Origin: Candidatus Heimdallarchaeota archaeon
Lineage (GTDB): Archaea; Asgardarchaeota; Heimdallarchaeia; Heimdallarchaeales; Heimdallarchaeaceae
Direction of reading: 5' to 3'
Assembly (NCBI GenBank): GCA_016840095.1
Contig: JAEOSZ010000089.1
Span: 1-64,000 of the forward strand
DNA length: 64,000 nt
Every line of letters begins with the position of its first letter. Positions within the stretch are counted from its first letter, which is position 1. The position numbers and the translations under genes were made by a program. Positions 40,570 to 50,523 of the stretch are shown here, piece by piece. Below the pieces are notes generated by a model. That model saw only the letters and a program-made list of their open reading frames with translations, was not told where the DNA came from and made no database searches.

Positions 40570-42312
40570 ATGAGCACAGAGAAGAATAGATTTTCACTCA
40601 AACAAGTTTTTGTAAATCTCAATAATCAAGGAAAGAGAGCTTGTAAATTCTTTATGAATAGAAAAGAGTTAAGTTTTGTTCTTTTATTGACTTTTATTTC
40701 AGCTTCTATGCAAATTTCTTTTTCCTTAAGCACTTGGGGTTCCATTCACCCTGATGAGATTTTCCAAAGCATTGAGATGGCCCATGATATTGTATATGGT
40801 TATGCAAGCGTTCCTCCTGAGTTTCAAGATTCAAATCCAGTTATTCCAAGTTATGCAAAAGCAAGGTCATACATGTTTCCTATGATTTTAACAATTCCAA
40901 TGTATATTGGAAAATTGTTTGGGTGGAATTACTGGAAAATAACAATACCACTTATTAGAATACTTTTGGGAATCAATGGTGCTTTGCTCACACCAGCAAC
41001 TTACGTCTTTGTAAAAAGATATACCAAGGGAAACAAATACTTTGCAAGTGCATCTGCAATAGTTGTTGTTTTTTCTCCGATATTGATGTTTAGTGCATTC
41101 AGGTCTGTAACAAATATATTCTTTGTACCATGGATTATGTTCATTATTAACTCCTTCTGGAAAACAAAAGAGAAACTTCAAGGTGAGAGTGAGTATAGTA
41201 ATCAAGAAGAATTGAAGATTAAGAGATCTTTGAAATTATATCTGAAAATAATTTTTCTCTCATTCTTAATGGGGATTATAATCTATATCAGAATTGACTT
41301 CATAATTAGCTTAGTAGCAATACTTCTACTCAGATTTCCCTATAAGAAAATCAAAATTATAACCTGCAATTTAATTGGTTTAGGTTTTGCAGTTATTTTC
41401 GGTGGGTTAATTGATTTCATAACCTATGGTGACTTTCTAATTTCTCCAATTCAATGGTTTAGATACAATATACTTGAAGGATTGAGTTCAGTACATGGAG
41501 TAGCTCCTCCTTTTTACTACTTTCAAACTTTGGTCAGTTCATTGCCCTTACTTATATTCGTAGTTTTTTGTACATCAGTTCTACTAGGAACCTTCTATTA
41601 TACAATAAAAAGATATTTCAAAAATAGAGAACTGGATTGGATTTTACTGAGAAATATAGGTGGATTTCCACTTGCTTCCGTGGTTATTATATCTATTTTC
41701 TCGATTCCTAGTCATAAAGAACTCCGTTTCATATATTTCGCACTCATTTTATTACAAATCTGCTTTGCTATTTCCCTCCTTATTCTGTTTAAGACATTTC
41801 TTCCGAGAATAAGCTCTTATAGTGCTAAACTTCTAATGAAAATAACCAAGAAAACAAATACTATCAAAATCGAAAAAGTTTTCAAATATTTTTACTCAAC
41901 ACTTTTTTTCGTTTTAGTGGCTGGAGGAACTATATTTTCTTCATATGAAGGGTCAAAAATATATGATTGGAATGCTAATAATGAATTAGCTAGAGGTTTG
42001 GTATATCTAGGGCAATTGGATGATTGTAATGGAGTTGTTATGTTTACTAGAGGTACAAGATTCAAATCTTACTTCTATTTACATAAAGATGTTCCACTAG
42101 ATGAATACATGGACTTCTATAAGGCAAGTATAGTTCGAGGTTTAATTAGAATGTACTCGCTGGACAATTCAACGTATAATTATATTATGTTTAATAGAGA
42201 ACAAATATCTTTAACACCAAACATAGAGACCGATCTCACTGATTTTAACTATATGCTGAATCTAACTATCAATAATGAGGTTTTTATTTACAGATTTAAT
42301 CAGACAGTTTAG
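40570..42312 (+). CDS. GT22 (PIG-B/Alg9-like) mannosyltransferase
   Basis: HPDEIFQSIEMAH, RSY, HKELRFI; many TM helices; ATG after GGTGA. Confidence 0.8.
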   Translation: MSTEKNRFSLKQVFVNLNNQGKRACKFFMNRKELSFVLLLTFISASMQISFSLSTWGSIHPDEIFQSIEMAHDIVYGYASVPPEFQDSNPVIPSYAKARSYMFPMILTIPMYIGKLFGWNYWKITIPLIRILLGINGALLTPATYVFVKRYTKGNKYFASASAIVVVFSPILMFSAFRSVTNIFFVPWIMFIINSFWKTKEKLQGESEYSNQEELKIKRSLKLYLKIIFLSFLMGIIIYIRIDFIISLVAILLLRFPYKKIKIITCNLIGLGFAVIFGGLIDFITYGDFLISPIQWFRYNILEGLSSVHGVAPPFYYFQTLVSSLPLLIFVVFCTSVLLGTFYYTIKRYFKNRELDWILLRNIGGFPLASVVIISIFSIPSHKELRFIYFALILLQICFAISLLILFKTFLPRISSYSAKLLMKITKKTNTIKIEKVFKYFYSTLFFVLVAGGTIFSSYEGSKIYDWNANNELARGLVYLGQLDDCNGVVMFTRGTRFKSYFYLHKDVPLDEYMDFYKASIVRGLIRMYSLDNSTYNYIMFNREQISLTPNIETDLTDFNYMLNLTINNEVFIYRFNQTV

Positions 42313-42387
42313 CTTATTTCGTAGACTAGTGTTGCAGTAAAACTCTTATTAAGAACATGTAAATTAAAAAGTATCAAGTGGGTTCTA

Positions 42388-43467
42388 ATGATTGGGATTA
42401 GCTTAAAAGAGTGGCTAAAGCTACTGTATGATAACAAATTCAACGTAAAAACTAGATTCATCCCCAAAATTTTTGGTTTAACTATTATCAACATAGTTTT
42501 ATCTCCCTTCATTATTTATGAACGGCTTAAGTATAGGAAGAAAATTAGAAATACAGAAATTACACAGGACCCAGTTTTTATATTAGGACACTGGCGAAGT
42601 GGAACTACTCACTTACATAAAATGTTGGCATTTGATGAACAGTTTGGTTATATTACTCTAACAGAAACAAGTCTTCCTCATCTATTCTTAACTGGTTCTA
42701 AGATGATTCATTTAATCATGAAACCTTTAACTCCAAAGAAGAGACCCACAGATAATGTTGATATGTTTCCTGAAATGCCACATGAACATGAATTTGCCTT
42801 AATGTTTCTATCAATGCTCTCACCAATCATAATGTTTGCATTCCCAGAAAACATAGACCTTTATAGAAAATATGTGACTCTTGAGGATGTTACAGATGAA
42901 CAGAAAGAAGAATGGAAAAATTGGTTTCTATATTTAATCAAAAAACTAACAATAAAAGAAGAAGGCAAACAGCTAATTCTGAAAAATCCTCTTGACACAT
43001 GTCGACTAAAACTTATTCTTGATCTCTTCCCAAATTCTAAATTCATTCATATTTATCGTGACCCCTATGACCTATTTTATTCAACATTGAAACTGCACAA
43101 ACATAACGCTGGTATTTATGCGCTGCAGAATCAGGATTATGATATACGACAATTAATATTTGAAACTCATGTTGAAATGTATGAAAGATATTATGAGGAC
43201 ATTAAATTGATTCCTGAAGGAAATTTAGTTGATGTTAAATTTGAAAAACTCAGCGAAAACCCAATAGAAGATTTAGAAAGGATATACTCCAGTTTAGACC
43301 TTTCGGGAATTGATCAATTGAAGGAACGAGTTAAACCTTACCTCGAATCTGTTGCAGGTTATACTCCAAGCAAATATGAGATGTCTGAAGAAGAAAAAAC
43401 TATAATCTATTCATTTTGGCAAAAAACAATAGATAAATGGGGTTATGAAAAAGCACCTAGAACTTAG
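42388..43467 (+). CDS. Sulfotransferase-family protein
   Basis: PVFILGHWRSGTTHLH (5'-PSB loop), LKNP, HIYRDP...S. Confidence 0.88.
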   Translation: MIGISLKEWLKLLYDNKFNVKTRFIPKIFGLTIINIVLSPFIIYERLKYRKKIRNTEITQDPVFILGHWRSGTTHLHKMLAFDEQFGYITLTETSLPHLFLTGSKMIHLIMKPLTPKKRPTDNVDMFPEMPHEHEFALMFLSMLSPIIMFAFPENIDLYRKYVTLEDVTDEQKEEWKNWFLYLIKKLTIKEEGKQLILKNPLDTCRLKLILDLFPNSKFIHIYRDPYDLFYSTLKLHKHNAGIYALQNQDYDIRQLIFETHVEMYERYYEDIKLIPEGNLVDVKFEKLSENPIEDLERIYSSLDLSGIDQLKERVKPYLESVAGYTPSKYEMSEEEKTIIYSFWQKTIDKWGYEKAPRT

Positions 43468-43477
43468 ATTCTAGGTG
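43454..43477. terminator. Hairpin between convergent genes
   Basis: Perfect 9-bp inverted repeat CACCTAGAA-cttaga-TTCTAGGTG. Confidence 0.5.
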
Positions 43478-43486
43478 TAAATTAAA

Positions 43487-44710
43487 TTAAGCAGTTTTCT
43501 TTGCTTTTTCTTCTTCAACTAGTTTAACAAATTCTTGAATAATCTCAAACATATCGCCTACAATTCCAAAATCTGCAACCTCAAATATTGGTGCTTCTTT
43601 ATCTTTGTTAATTGCGATAACTGTATCAGAAGATGTCATTCCAACTAGATGTTGTACTGCACCAGAAATACCTAATGCAAAATATAATGTAGGAGCTACA
43701 GTTTTTCCCGATTGACCTACTTGTTGTGGATGAGGTAACCAACCTAAATCAACTAAAGGCCTGGAACCAGAAACTGTTCCTTCTACAGCTTTAGCAAGTT
43801 CATCAATGAAATGTAAGTTCTCTTTGGAGCCTACACCTCTTCCAGCAGAAACCAATATTTTTGCCTCTTCTATATTGATACTGTCTTCTTGTGATATGAT
43901 TTCTTCAATTATCTTTGTTCTAATACTAACAGGCCTTAGATTAACTTCAACTTCTTCCACAATTCCGGTTTTTGTTACATTAATAACTGGTTTTGGAAAA
44001 ACATTTGGTCTTACAGTCGACATTTGAGGTCGAGTGTATGGAGACAGAATTGAAGCCATTATGTTTCCACCAAAAGCTGGACGAGTCTGAACTAATTGTC
44101 TTGATTCATTTATATCTAAACCTGTACAATCAGCTGTTAATCCTAGCGCTAATCTTCCTGCAATTCTAGGCGCTAAATCTCTTCCATTAGGAGTTGCACC
44201 ATATAAAACAATAGAAGGCTTTTCAGATGCTATTACACTTGCTATCACGCTTGTATATCCATCAGTTGAATAGTCTTCTAATAATTCATGCTCACAAAGA
44301 TATACTTTATCTGCACCATAATGGAAAAGCTCAGGAACTAAATGCTCTACGTTATTTCCTGGAAGAACAACTGCTAATGATTCATCTAGTTTTTCTGCAA
44401 GTTCTTTCCCTTTTCCAAGAAGCTCGAGAACTACACTTTTGATTACTTTCTTTTCTCCCTTCTTCTCCCATTCACCCCAAATAAAGACGTTTTTATAGAG
44501 TGCAATTTCCTCTTCAGAAACAGCTTTTCTTTCAATACTAAGCGCATCTACAGGACAAACGCCTACACATGTTCCACAAAGAGTACAACCATCAAGAACT
44601 TTAGCTTTCTTTGTTTCAGGTTCAACTATTATAGCCGCGAAAGGACAAACTCTCTCACACATTTTACAGCCAATACATGCTTCTAAATCTACGTTCAACA
44701 TTTTTATCAC
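43487..44710 (-). CDS. etfA: Electron transfer flavoprotein alpha subunit with N-terminal 2x[4Fe-4S] ferredoxin
   Basis: Two CxxCxxCxxxCP motifs, GLTADCT, RPAFGG, QVGQSGKTV, GISGAVQH. Confidence 0.95.
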   Translation of the reverse strand: MIKMLNVDLEACIGCKMCERVCPFAAIIVEPETKKAKVLDGCTLCGTCVGVCPVDALSIERKAVSEEEIALYKNVFIWGEWEKKGEKKVIKSVVLELLGKGKELAEKLDESLAVVLPGNNVEHLVPELFHYGADKVYLCEHELLEDYSTDGYTSVIASVIASEKPSIVLYGATPNGRDLAPRIAGRLALGLTADCTGLDINESRQLVQTRPAFGGNIMASILSPYTRPQMSTVRPNVFPKPVINVTKTGIVEEVEVNLRPVSIRTKIIEEIISQEDSINIEEAKILVSAGRGVGSKENLHFIDELAKAVEGTVSGSRPLVDLGWLPHPQQVGQSGKTVAPTLYFALGISGAVQHLVGMTSSDTVIAINKDKEAPIFEVADFGIVGDMFEIIQEFVKLVEEEKAKKTA

Positions 44711-45510
44711 ACTCTCAGAAAATTATTCTCCTTTAGATATTCAAGCAATTTCTTTGCTGCTGCTTTAGAATCCGCACCATCAATAATTTCTCCTCCTGAT
44801 TTAGAGGGTGGCGCAAAAACTTTATCGACTTGAGTCGGTGATGCACTTAAACCAATTTTGCTTTCATCAATATTCAAGTCATCTGCTGAAACAATATTGA
44901 GTGGTTTTGTTCTTGCATCTAAAACATCTTGCATAGATGGAACTCGTCGAATATTGGAACCTTTGCTCATTGTGATAAGAGCAGGCATTTTTGTTGATAG
45001 AATTTGATATCCTGTTTCAGTCTCTCGTTTAACTTCAACCCTCTTATCGTTGATCTTAACATCTACGCCGTAAGTGATTTGAGGTATTCCTAGTTGTTCA
45101 GCGGTTTCAGCAGGAACTTGAGCAGTATCTCCATCAATTGCTTGTTTTCCAGCAATAATTAAATCAAATTCAGGTTCCAAACCTACAATACCTTCTTTAA
45201 TGGCAGAAGAAGTTGCCCAAACATCTGAACCAGCGAATTTTCTATCAGATAGAAGATAAGCTTTATCAGCACCTAATTCTAAACATCGAAGAAGTGCACT
45301 AGTTGCTTGAGGTGGCCCCATGCTTATTGCTGTAACTTCAATATTAAGATCAGGATTTTCTTTCTTCAATTTAGCAGCTTGATCTAAAGCATACTCACAG
45401 TAAGGATTCAAGATTGAAGCAACACCTTCACGAATGAGTGTTCCTGTTTCAGGATCTACAGCAACTTTATCTGCTTCTGGAACTTGTTTAACTAAGATGA
45501 CTATTTTCAT
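44707..45510 (-). CDS. etfB: Electron transfer flavoprotein beta subunit
   Basis: VKQVP, SMGPP, FAGSDVWAT, GKQAIDGDTAQV. Confidence 0.95.
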   Translation of the reverse strand: MKIVILVKQVPEADKVAVDPETGTLIREGVASILNPYCEYALDQAAKLKKENPDLNIEVTAISMGPPQATSALLRCLELGADKAYLLSDRKFAGSDVWATSSAIKEGIVGLEPEFDLIIAGKQAIDGDTAQVPAETAEQLGIPQITYGVDVKINDKRVEVKRETETGYQILSTKMPALITMSKGSNIRRVPSMQDVLDARTKPLNIVSADDLNIDESKIGLSASPTQVDKVFAPPSKSGGEIIDGADSKAAAKKLLEYLKENNFLRV

Positions 45511-47144
45511 TTTTGTTCACCTCGACCAAAAATATTACCACAATTAAAAACACAATTTGGATCTAATGAGAATTTAATCTCTCGCATTTGAAGAACACCT
45601 TCATCTCCGTACATAATTTTAAGATATTCGTGTTTGATTTTGCCTATTCCATGTTCTGCTGAAACTGAACCTCCAAACTGAACTGCTTTGGATGCAAATT
45701 TCTTGTATAACTCTTTTCCTAGTTTGAGATCATCCATGTTTCTAGGGAGAATATTAACATGAACATGGTTATCGCCTATATGACCCCACATAACATATTC
45801 CAAATCTGCTACTTTAAGAGTAGCATTATAGAATTCCATCATCTCTTTCAGATGTGCGTCTTCAACTGACATATCTGTTCCTAATTTGTGAATTTCAGGA
45901 TATTGTTTTTTGCGTTCAGATATGATGTTATTGACGATTTCAGGAACTGCATGTCTGAAATGCTTGAACCTGGCTATCTCTCTATCTTCATATGCACTCC
46001 AGGTATTACTTAAGGAAGAATTACATTCTTTTAGCATGTCTGAAATTTCTGAAAAATAATCACTAAGAATTTCTTCTGAGTAAGGTAAATCAAAAGATAT
46101 TGCTGTTGTTATGTCCTCTGCAATAGATGGCATATCAACGAATTTAGGATCTTCCTTTTGCTTATCTCTTAGTAAGGATAAAGCATTGTTTTCGAAAAAC
46201 TCAATGAACTCTGGCTTTATCATTTCATTAGCTCTTAGTTTTATTACGAAATCTAGTGCATCACTTTCTTTTTTGAAAAATGCTACATTGGACATTTGTG
46301 GAGTAAATTCCTTTAACCAAATATCTGCTTCAGTAATTGCACCGAAAACCCCTTCTGAACCAATGAAAAGATCTATCAAATCCATATCAGGTTTGGTGTA
46401 TAATCCAGCAGCATTCTTAGCTTTCGGCATTTGATAGGTTGGAATACTAATTGTAAGATCTCCCTCAGATGTTTTGATAATAAACTTTCCATCGTGTGCC
46501 TTATATTTTCCTCTTGGGATAACTAGTACATCTCCTGTGCCAATTACTACTCGAATTCTCTTTATCCACTCTCTTGTTGCTCCATATCTGAAAGATCGAG
46601 CTCCTGATGCATTGGCTCCTATAGTTCCCCCAATTGATGCTGTCATTTCAGTTGGATCTACTGGGTAGTAATGTGGTTTTTCTGTTTCAAACTTTTCAAC
46701 CCAATTCTTTTCCTTAGGAATACTTTGATCAAGTTCGAATTTTCTGAGTTTTACTATGTGGTTAATTTCATCTAATGAGATAGCTGGTTGCACTCTTACA
46801 AACCATTTGTTTGCGTTTTCATCAAAACCTAATCCAATTACACTATCCATTCTTTCTAATGATAAGACTGCTCCTCCAAAAGGAACAGCTGATCCAACTA
46901 TTCCCGTTCTTGCAGCTGATATAGTGATCATATGTTCTTCTTCTCTCATTCTACAAATGAGTGTAGCTATTTCCTCCTCAGTATTCGGAAAGAACAAATA
47001 TTCAGCATGACCTCCACTAATCTTTGATTCATCTACTAGATAACTTGGGAATTCTCCTGAAATAATCATTTCGCCTTTAACTGTGCGGATTTTTTCATAT
47101 GGTACTTGTTCAAATTTATGAGCTTCAATTATATTTTCAGACAC
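45507..47144 (-). CDS. FAD-linked oxidoreductase (D-lactate dehydrogenase/GlcD family)
   Basis: ASIGGTIGANASG, FIGSEG, GHIGDNHVH, SAEHGIG, DP..FN.G. Confidence 0.88.
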   Translation of the reverse strand: MSENIIEAHKFEQVPYEKIRTVKGEMIISGEFPSYLVDESKISGGHAEYLFFPNTEEEIATLICRMREEEHMITISAARTGIVGSAVPFGGAVLSLERMDSVIGLGFDENANKWFVRVQPAISLDEINHIVKLRKFELDQSIPKEKNWVEKFETEKPHYYPVDPTEMTASIGGTIGANASGARSFRYGATREWIKRIRVVIGTGDVLVIPRGKYKAHDGKFIIKTSEGDLTISIPTYQMPKAKNAAGLYTKPDMDLIDLFIGSEGVFGAITEADIWLKEFTPQMSNVAFFKKESDALDFVIKLRANEMIKPEFIEFFENNALSLLRDKQKEDPKFVDMPSIAEDITTAISFDLPYSEEILSDYFSEISDMLKECNSSLSNTWSAYEDREIARFKHFRHAVPEIVNNIISERKKQYPEIHKLGTDMSVEDAHLKEMMEFYNATLKVADLEYVMWGHIGDNHVHVNILPRNMDDLKLGKELYKKFASKAVQFGGSVSAEHGIGKIKHEYLKIMYGDEGVLQMREIKFSLDPNCVFNCGNIFGRGEQK

Positions 47145-47276
47145 CTACAAGCTCCTCCAAACTAATTATTTTGCTTAATCGTGCATGGATACTAAGTGTA
47201 TAAAAAACTAATTACTGGTACATAAATACCAAGATCTGTGCAATAAACTTAAATTTTGAAATGGAATGACCTTACG

Positions 47277-47513
47277 ATGACAAAAATAAAAGTGATTTAT
47301 GGAAATGAAAGATGTGGAGATTGTAAAAGGACAAAGCAATTTCTAAATGAAAGAGGGTATCCTTATGCTTGGATTGATGTAGACAAAAGTACCGAAGGAT
47401 TGCAAAAAGTAAATGAACTATCTGGCAGAATACCAACTATAATCTTTGAAGATGGGTCGATACTTGTAGAACCAACTAACAATGAATTAAAGAAGAAACT
47501 AAAAGAGAAATAA
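47277..47513 (+). CDS. Glutaredoxin/mycoredoxin-like (NrdH) protein
   Basis: CGDC active site, IPTIIFEDGSILVEPTN. Confidence 0.88.
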   Translation: MTKIKVIYGNERCGDCKRTKQFLNERGYPYAWIDVDKSTEGLQKVNELSGRIPTIIFEDGSILVEPTNNELKKKLKEK

Positions 47514-47518
47514 TAGAT

Positions 47519-47944
47519 TCATTTTGTGGTCTCAATCACTGTTTCTTTAACTTGTTTTTTAGAATCAGCACGCTTATCTTTGGAAGTAGTTGCAGTGATA
47601 ATTGGTTGTGCTGTTAGGGGCTCTACACCAAGTTTTTGTAAAGCTTTGACATATTCCTCAGAAAGAAAGAAATTTTTCAAAATGACCCAGTTTGTAAGAA
47701 TGATTACTGGGAGTTTGTCAATACCTAATGCGCAGTGATGTTTGCTTTCAGTTAGACTCTCTTTCTTATCTATAGCTCCACACTTCAAACATATCCTTAA
47801 CCGAGAAGAACGATCATGTAACTTGGATATAGTATCACTATACAATTCTAAACCTGTACTTAAGGGAGCATCAGCTAAGTCTTGAGCATATCTACGAGCT
47901 CTGGATTTAATTTGTGTTTTCTCAGCATCTTTTATTACAGGCAT
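47519..47944 (-). CDS. CxxC...HxC zinc-finger protein, paralog P1
   Basis: SRARRYA, RLRICLKCG, HHC; GGAGG RBS; homologous to 50063, 52135 and 52643. Confidence 0.8.
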   Translation of the reverse strand: MPVIKDAEKTQIKSRARRYAQDLADAPLSTGLELYSDTISKLHDRSSRLRICLKCGAIDKKESLTESKHHCALGIDKLPVIILTNWVILKNFFLSEEYVKALQKLGVEPLTAQPIITATTSKDKRADSKKQVKETVIETTK

Positions 47945-47970
47945 TTTTTATCCTCCTGTTACTTTGACTA

Positions 47971-48238
47971 TATTACACTTATGCAGTAATGTATATATAT
48001 GTATATCTCACGGTAAATATTTCCTATAGATGAAATATTACTGCAATATAAATCAGTTATTAGGTAAAAATTGCCACCAATTCAATAATTTTTTAATTCT
48101 GTTTTGTCTTGTTATTGGGCGCAAATGCGTAGTTAAACGTTTTTGTCATGCCTAATGACTGCATTTTTATTACTGCAAAAAGCGGCAATATATTACTGCA
48201 CAAAGGCCTTTAAATAGGTTGCTGCACAATGCAGTAAT
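47971..48238. promoter_or_regulatory. Divergent promoter with repeated operator ATTACTGC-N5-GCAGTAAT
   Basis: Palindromes at 48169-48189 and 48218-48238 (the latter just after TATA TTTAAATA, 48209-48216); half-sites at 47983, 48037, 48155, 48192. Confidence 0.75.
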
Positions 48239-48264
48239 AACTACAAAAATCCTGAGGTGGAAAA

Positions 48265-48453
48265 ATGCAAACAACTGAAATAAAAAAACTGCTGGATCCC
48301 GAGGTTCGAAGGCTTTACGAGGATCTCAACAAGCTCATGAAATCTCTGACTAAGAGATATTCAGACAAAAAAGTGGATGTATATGAGCAATACTTAGCTG
48401 AATCAATTCGCTACTATTCAAGTTTGAACCTGAGGAGATATGCAAACATTTGA
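48265..48453 (+). CDS. Microprotein (62 aa), first gene of operon 1
   Basis: GAGGTG RBS, downstream of TATA and operator. Confidence 0.7.
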   Translation: MQTTEIKKLLDPEVRRLYEDLNKLMKSLTKRYSDKKVDVYEQYLAESIRYYSSLNLRRYANI

Positions 48454-48463
48454 GGTATAAAAA

Positions 48464-48610
48464 ATGTATGAAAATGAATCTATTATTATGTTGGATCGAA
48501 AGATCAGGGCACTCCGAAAGGAGTTGAATAGGCTCAAAAGAGCTCGTCGAAGTAGAAGAGCAAAAGCTCGTTCTAGATATCCGGTCAGACAATATCTGGT
48601 TTACGGATAG
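48464..48610 (+). CDS. Arg-rich coiled-coil microprotein (48 aa), not in the ORF track
   Basis: MYENESIIMLDRKIRALRKELNRLKRARRSRRAKARSRYPVRQYLVYG; GAGGT RBS; ungapped paralog at 50778. Confidence 0.8.
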   Translation: MYENESIIMLDRKIRALRKELNRLKRARRSRRAKARSRYPVRQYLVYG

Positions 48611-48646
48611 GATATTATCTACCAATAGAAAATTGAGGTGAAAAAG

Positions 48647-48907
48647 ATGGCATCGAAAGTTCAAGTAGAAGCAGTTCGTCAGATAGTAATTGACAATATG
48701 AAGATCTTATATGATTTTGAATTCATAGATGAAGATCTCTATTACACATTCCTAAAGCAATTGATGGAAGGATTATCAGAGATAGATGAGAAGAAATCCA
48801 AACCTGATAAAGAGATATCCAAGGAAAGTTTAGAAAGTGAAATAAGAAAAGCTAAAGATAAAGCTATTGCCCAAAAGCTACTGCTATTTGGATCACTTTA
48901 CTATTAG
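48647..48907 (+). CDS. Microprotein (86 aa)
   Basis: GAGGTG RBS before ATG 48647. Confidence 0.7.
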   Translation: MASKVQVEAVRQIVIDNMKILYDFEFIDEDLYYTFLKQLMEGLSEIDEKKSKPDKEISKESLESEIRKAKDKAIAQKLLLFGSLYY

Positions 48908-48933
48908 AATCCTAAATTAGAAAGGTGAAAAAA

Positions 48934-49122
48934 ATGGCAATAAAATTTGAAACAAAACTAAAACTGCAAGTCATTTTAAGGGGACTTGTAACATTGTTTC
49001 ACTCTCCCTCTCAAAACAAGAAGAAGAATACAAATTCCAGGAGAGTTATGGAAGAGATAAAGAAACGTAAAACCAAAGAGTTAGAAGATTATCTTTTCCT
49101 TTCTAGATATGGGGGGCTTTAA
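48934..49122 (+). CDS. Basic microprotein (62 aa)
   Basis: AAGGTG RBS before ATG 48934; followed by a hairpin and T7. Confidence 0.7.
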   Translation: MAIKFETKLKLQVILRGLVTLFHSPSQNKKKNTNSRRVMEEIKKRKTKELEDYLFLSRYGGL

Positions 49123-49201
49123 GTGCATCCCCTTTTTTTCTCTTCTTCTGTCATAATTAATGAGATAAACCAAAATGAAAACTTATTGGAGGTGAATAAG
49201 A

Positions 49202-49582
49202 ATGGTAAAATCCGTTAAAGAATTATTGAGATTGGATAAATCTGGACCTGATATAAACTTTAGTAGATTAATGCTAGTAGTTTTACCAATGCTATTAGCT
49301 TTGATAGTATCACTAGCAAGTATGAACTTGGCCAGTGAAAATGTACTAGCAGCAGTAGATCGTCCTGAAATAGAAGTCATTCGAACTGTTGATGATTATG
49401 CTCCAAGTCATGAATTAATTCGTACTGATGTCGTAGAACGTCCAGAGAGTAATTTGATTCGAACAGATTCTGCAAATAGACCTGATAACAACTTAATTAG
49501 AACTGTAGCGGGAAATAGTGCAGATGTTGTGGTAATCAGAGCATCTACAGATTCTATGGATGTGAAATTAGTTAGAAATTGA
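49202..49582 (+). CDS. TM-anchored protein with ~6 13-aa RPxxxLIRT repeats
   Basis: GGAGGTG RBS; TM helix; repeats DRPEIEVIRT/ERPESNLIRT/NRPDNNLIRT. Confidence 0.78.
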   Translation: MVKSVKELLRLDKSGPDINFSRLMLVVLPMLLALIVSLASMNLASENVLAAVDRPEIEVIRTVDDYAPSHELIRTDVVERPESNLIRTDSANRPDNNLIRTVAGNSADVVVIRASTDSMDVKLVRN

Positions 49583-49639
49583 TATGTGGAAGGTTCTTGT
49601 AAAATGATCTTTTCCTTTCAAATTTTTTTAAAAAAGAAA

Positions 49640-49776
49640 ATCATGCTGATTGTTTCTTTCTGAAACATTCAATATACAGATTTCACCACCAGGATGGGAT
49701 CAGGATGACCAAACCAATCAGCTATCTCCCTTGCTAACAAAACAGTTTGGTCTTTCTGCTCCCACAAGGGTGAGAT
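49640..49776 (+). ncRNA. Putative structured cis-regulatory RNA, copy A
   Basis: 33/40 nt identical to 51274-51313, shared GGATCAGGAT, long hairpin 49695-49764. Confidence 0.6.
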
Positions 49777-49797
49777 TAAAAAACCGAGGTGACATAA

Positions 49798-49947
49798 ATG
49801 GCAAAAACTGTGAATAGTACTAAAAGAAAAATGAGGATAGAAAAAGCAATAGCAAATGCAGGATCAATAGTTGGCTATACTATACTCCTTGTATTCTCCA
49901 TTAGTCTGCTAGTAGTAGCTCTTCTATCAATAGCAAATCTGTCCTAA
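49798..49947 (+). CDS. 49-aa membrane peptide, not in the ORF track
   Basis: MAKTVNSTKRKMRIEKAIANAGSIVGYTILLVFSISLLVVALLSIANLS; GAGGTG RBS; paralog at 51464. Confidence 0.78.
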   Translation: MAKTVNSTKRKMRIEKAIANAGSIVGYTILLVFSISLLVVALLSIANLS

Positions 49948-50011
49948 AACTCTTTTTTTGTTTACTTCAACTATCTTAAGTAATTAGGAAATTTATGCCA
50001 AAGGGTCAAAC

Positions 50012-50041
50012 TTTATAAGGATGTAGGACTTAATACTACAT
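50012..50041 (+). promoter_or_regulatory. TATA box plus operator of P2
   Basis: TTTATAAG, then ATGTAGGA-CTTAA-TACTACAT. Confidence 0.7.
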
Positions 50042-50062
50042 GAGGGATGCACACTGGCTGAC

Positions 50063-50482
50063 ATGTCAAACGCAAAAAAGAAAGTTATTCGCTCTCGTGC
50101 AAGACGTTTTGCACTAGATTTATGGGATGCTCCGCTTGATCAGGGCTTACACTTGTATCAGGAAACTATGAATGAATTGTACAAAAAATCATCGCGATTG
50201 AGAATATGTTTGAAGTGTGGAGCCATTGATACAATACATGATTTGAATGAAGACACACATAAATGTGCATTAGATTTCAATAGATTTCCTGTTTTAGTAA
50301 CAACTAGTTGGATTGAAATGTCTAACTTTTTCTTAACTGATAAATATGTTAAAGCTTTACAAAAAATTGGTGTGGAACCAGATGTTGCGATAGAAGTTGA
50401 AGCTGCTACCGTTGATTCTTATCCTGAGGTATCTCAGATTGCATCTCCCGCTTCAGCTAAATCTAGATCTAAGGCAGATTAA
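50063..50482 (+). CDS. CxxC...HxC zinc-finger protein, paralog P2
   Basis: RSRARRFA, RLRICLKCG, HKC, FPVLVTTSW. Confidence 0.8.
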   Translation: MSNAKKKVIRSRARRFALDLWDAPLDQGLHLYQETMNELYKKSSRLRICLKCGAIDTIHDLNEDTHKCALDFNRFPVLVTTSWIEMSNFFLTDKYVKALQKIGVEPDVAIEVEAATVDSYPEVSQIASPASAKSRSKAD

Positions 50483-50523
50483 TCAAATTATAACCATTAA
50501 TTTTTAATTATATTTTTTCGAAT

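Noticed and set aside
6-47738. Many 60-146 aa antisense or overlapping ORFs in the track (e.g. 7567, 8213, 12791, 33860, 46111, 47526)
   Set aside because: They lie opposite well-supported genes and have no motifs or RBS.
48350-48664. Minus-strand 104-aa ORF (and 50848-51033)
   Set aside because: Shadows of the plus-strand microproteins, which have RBSs and paralog support.
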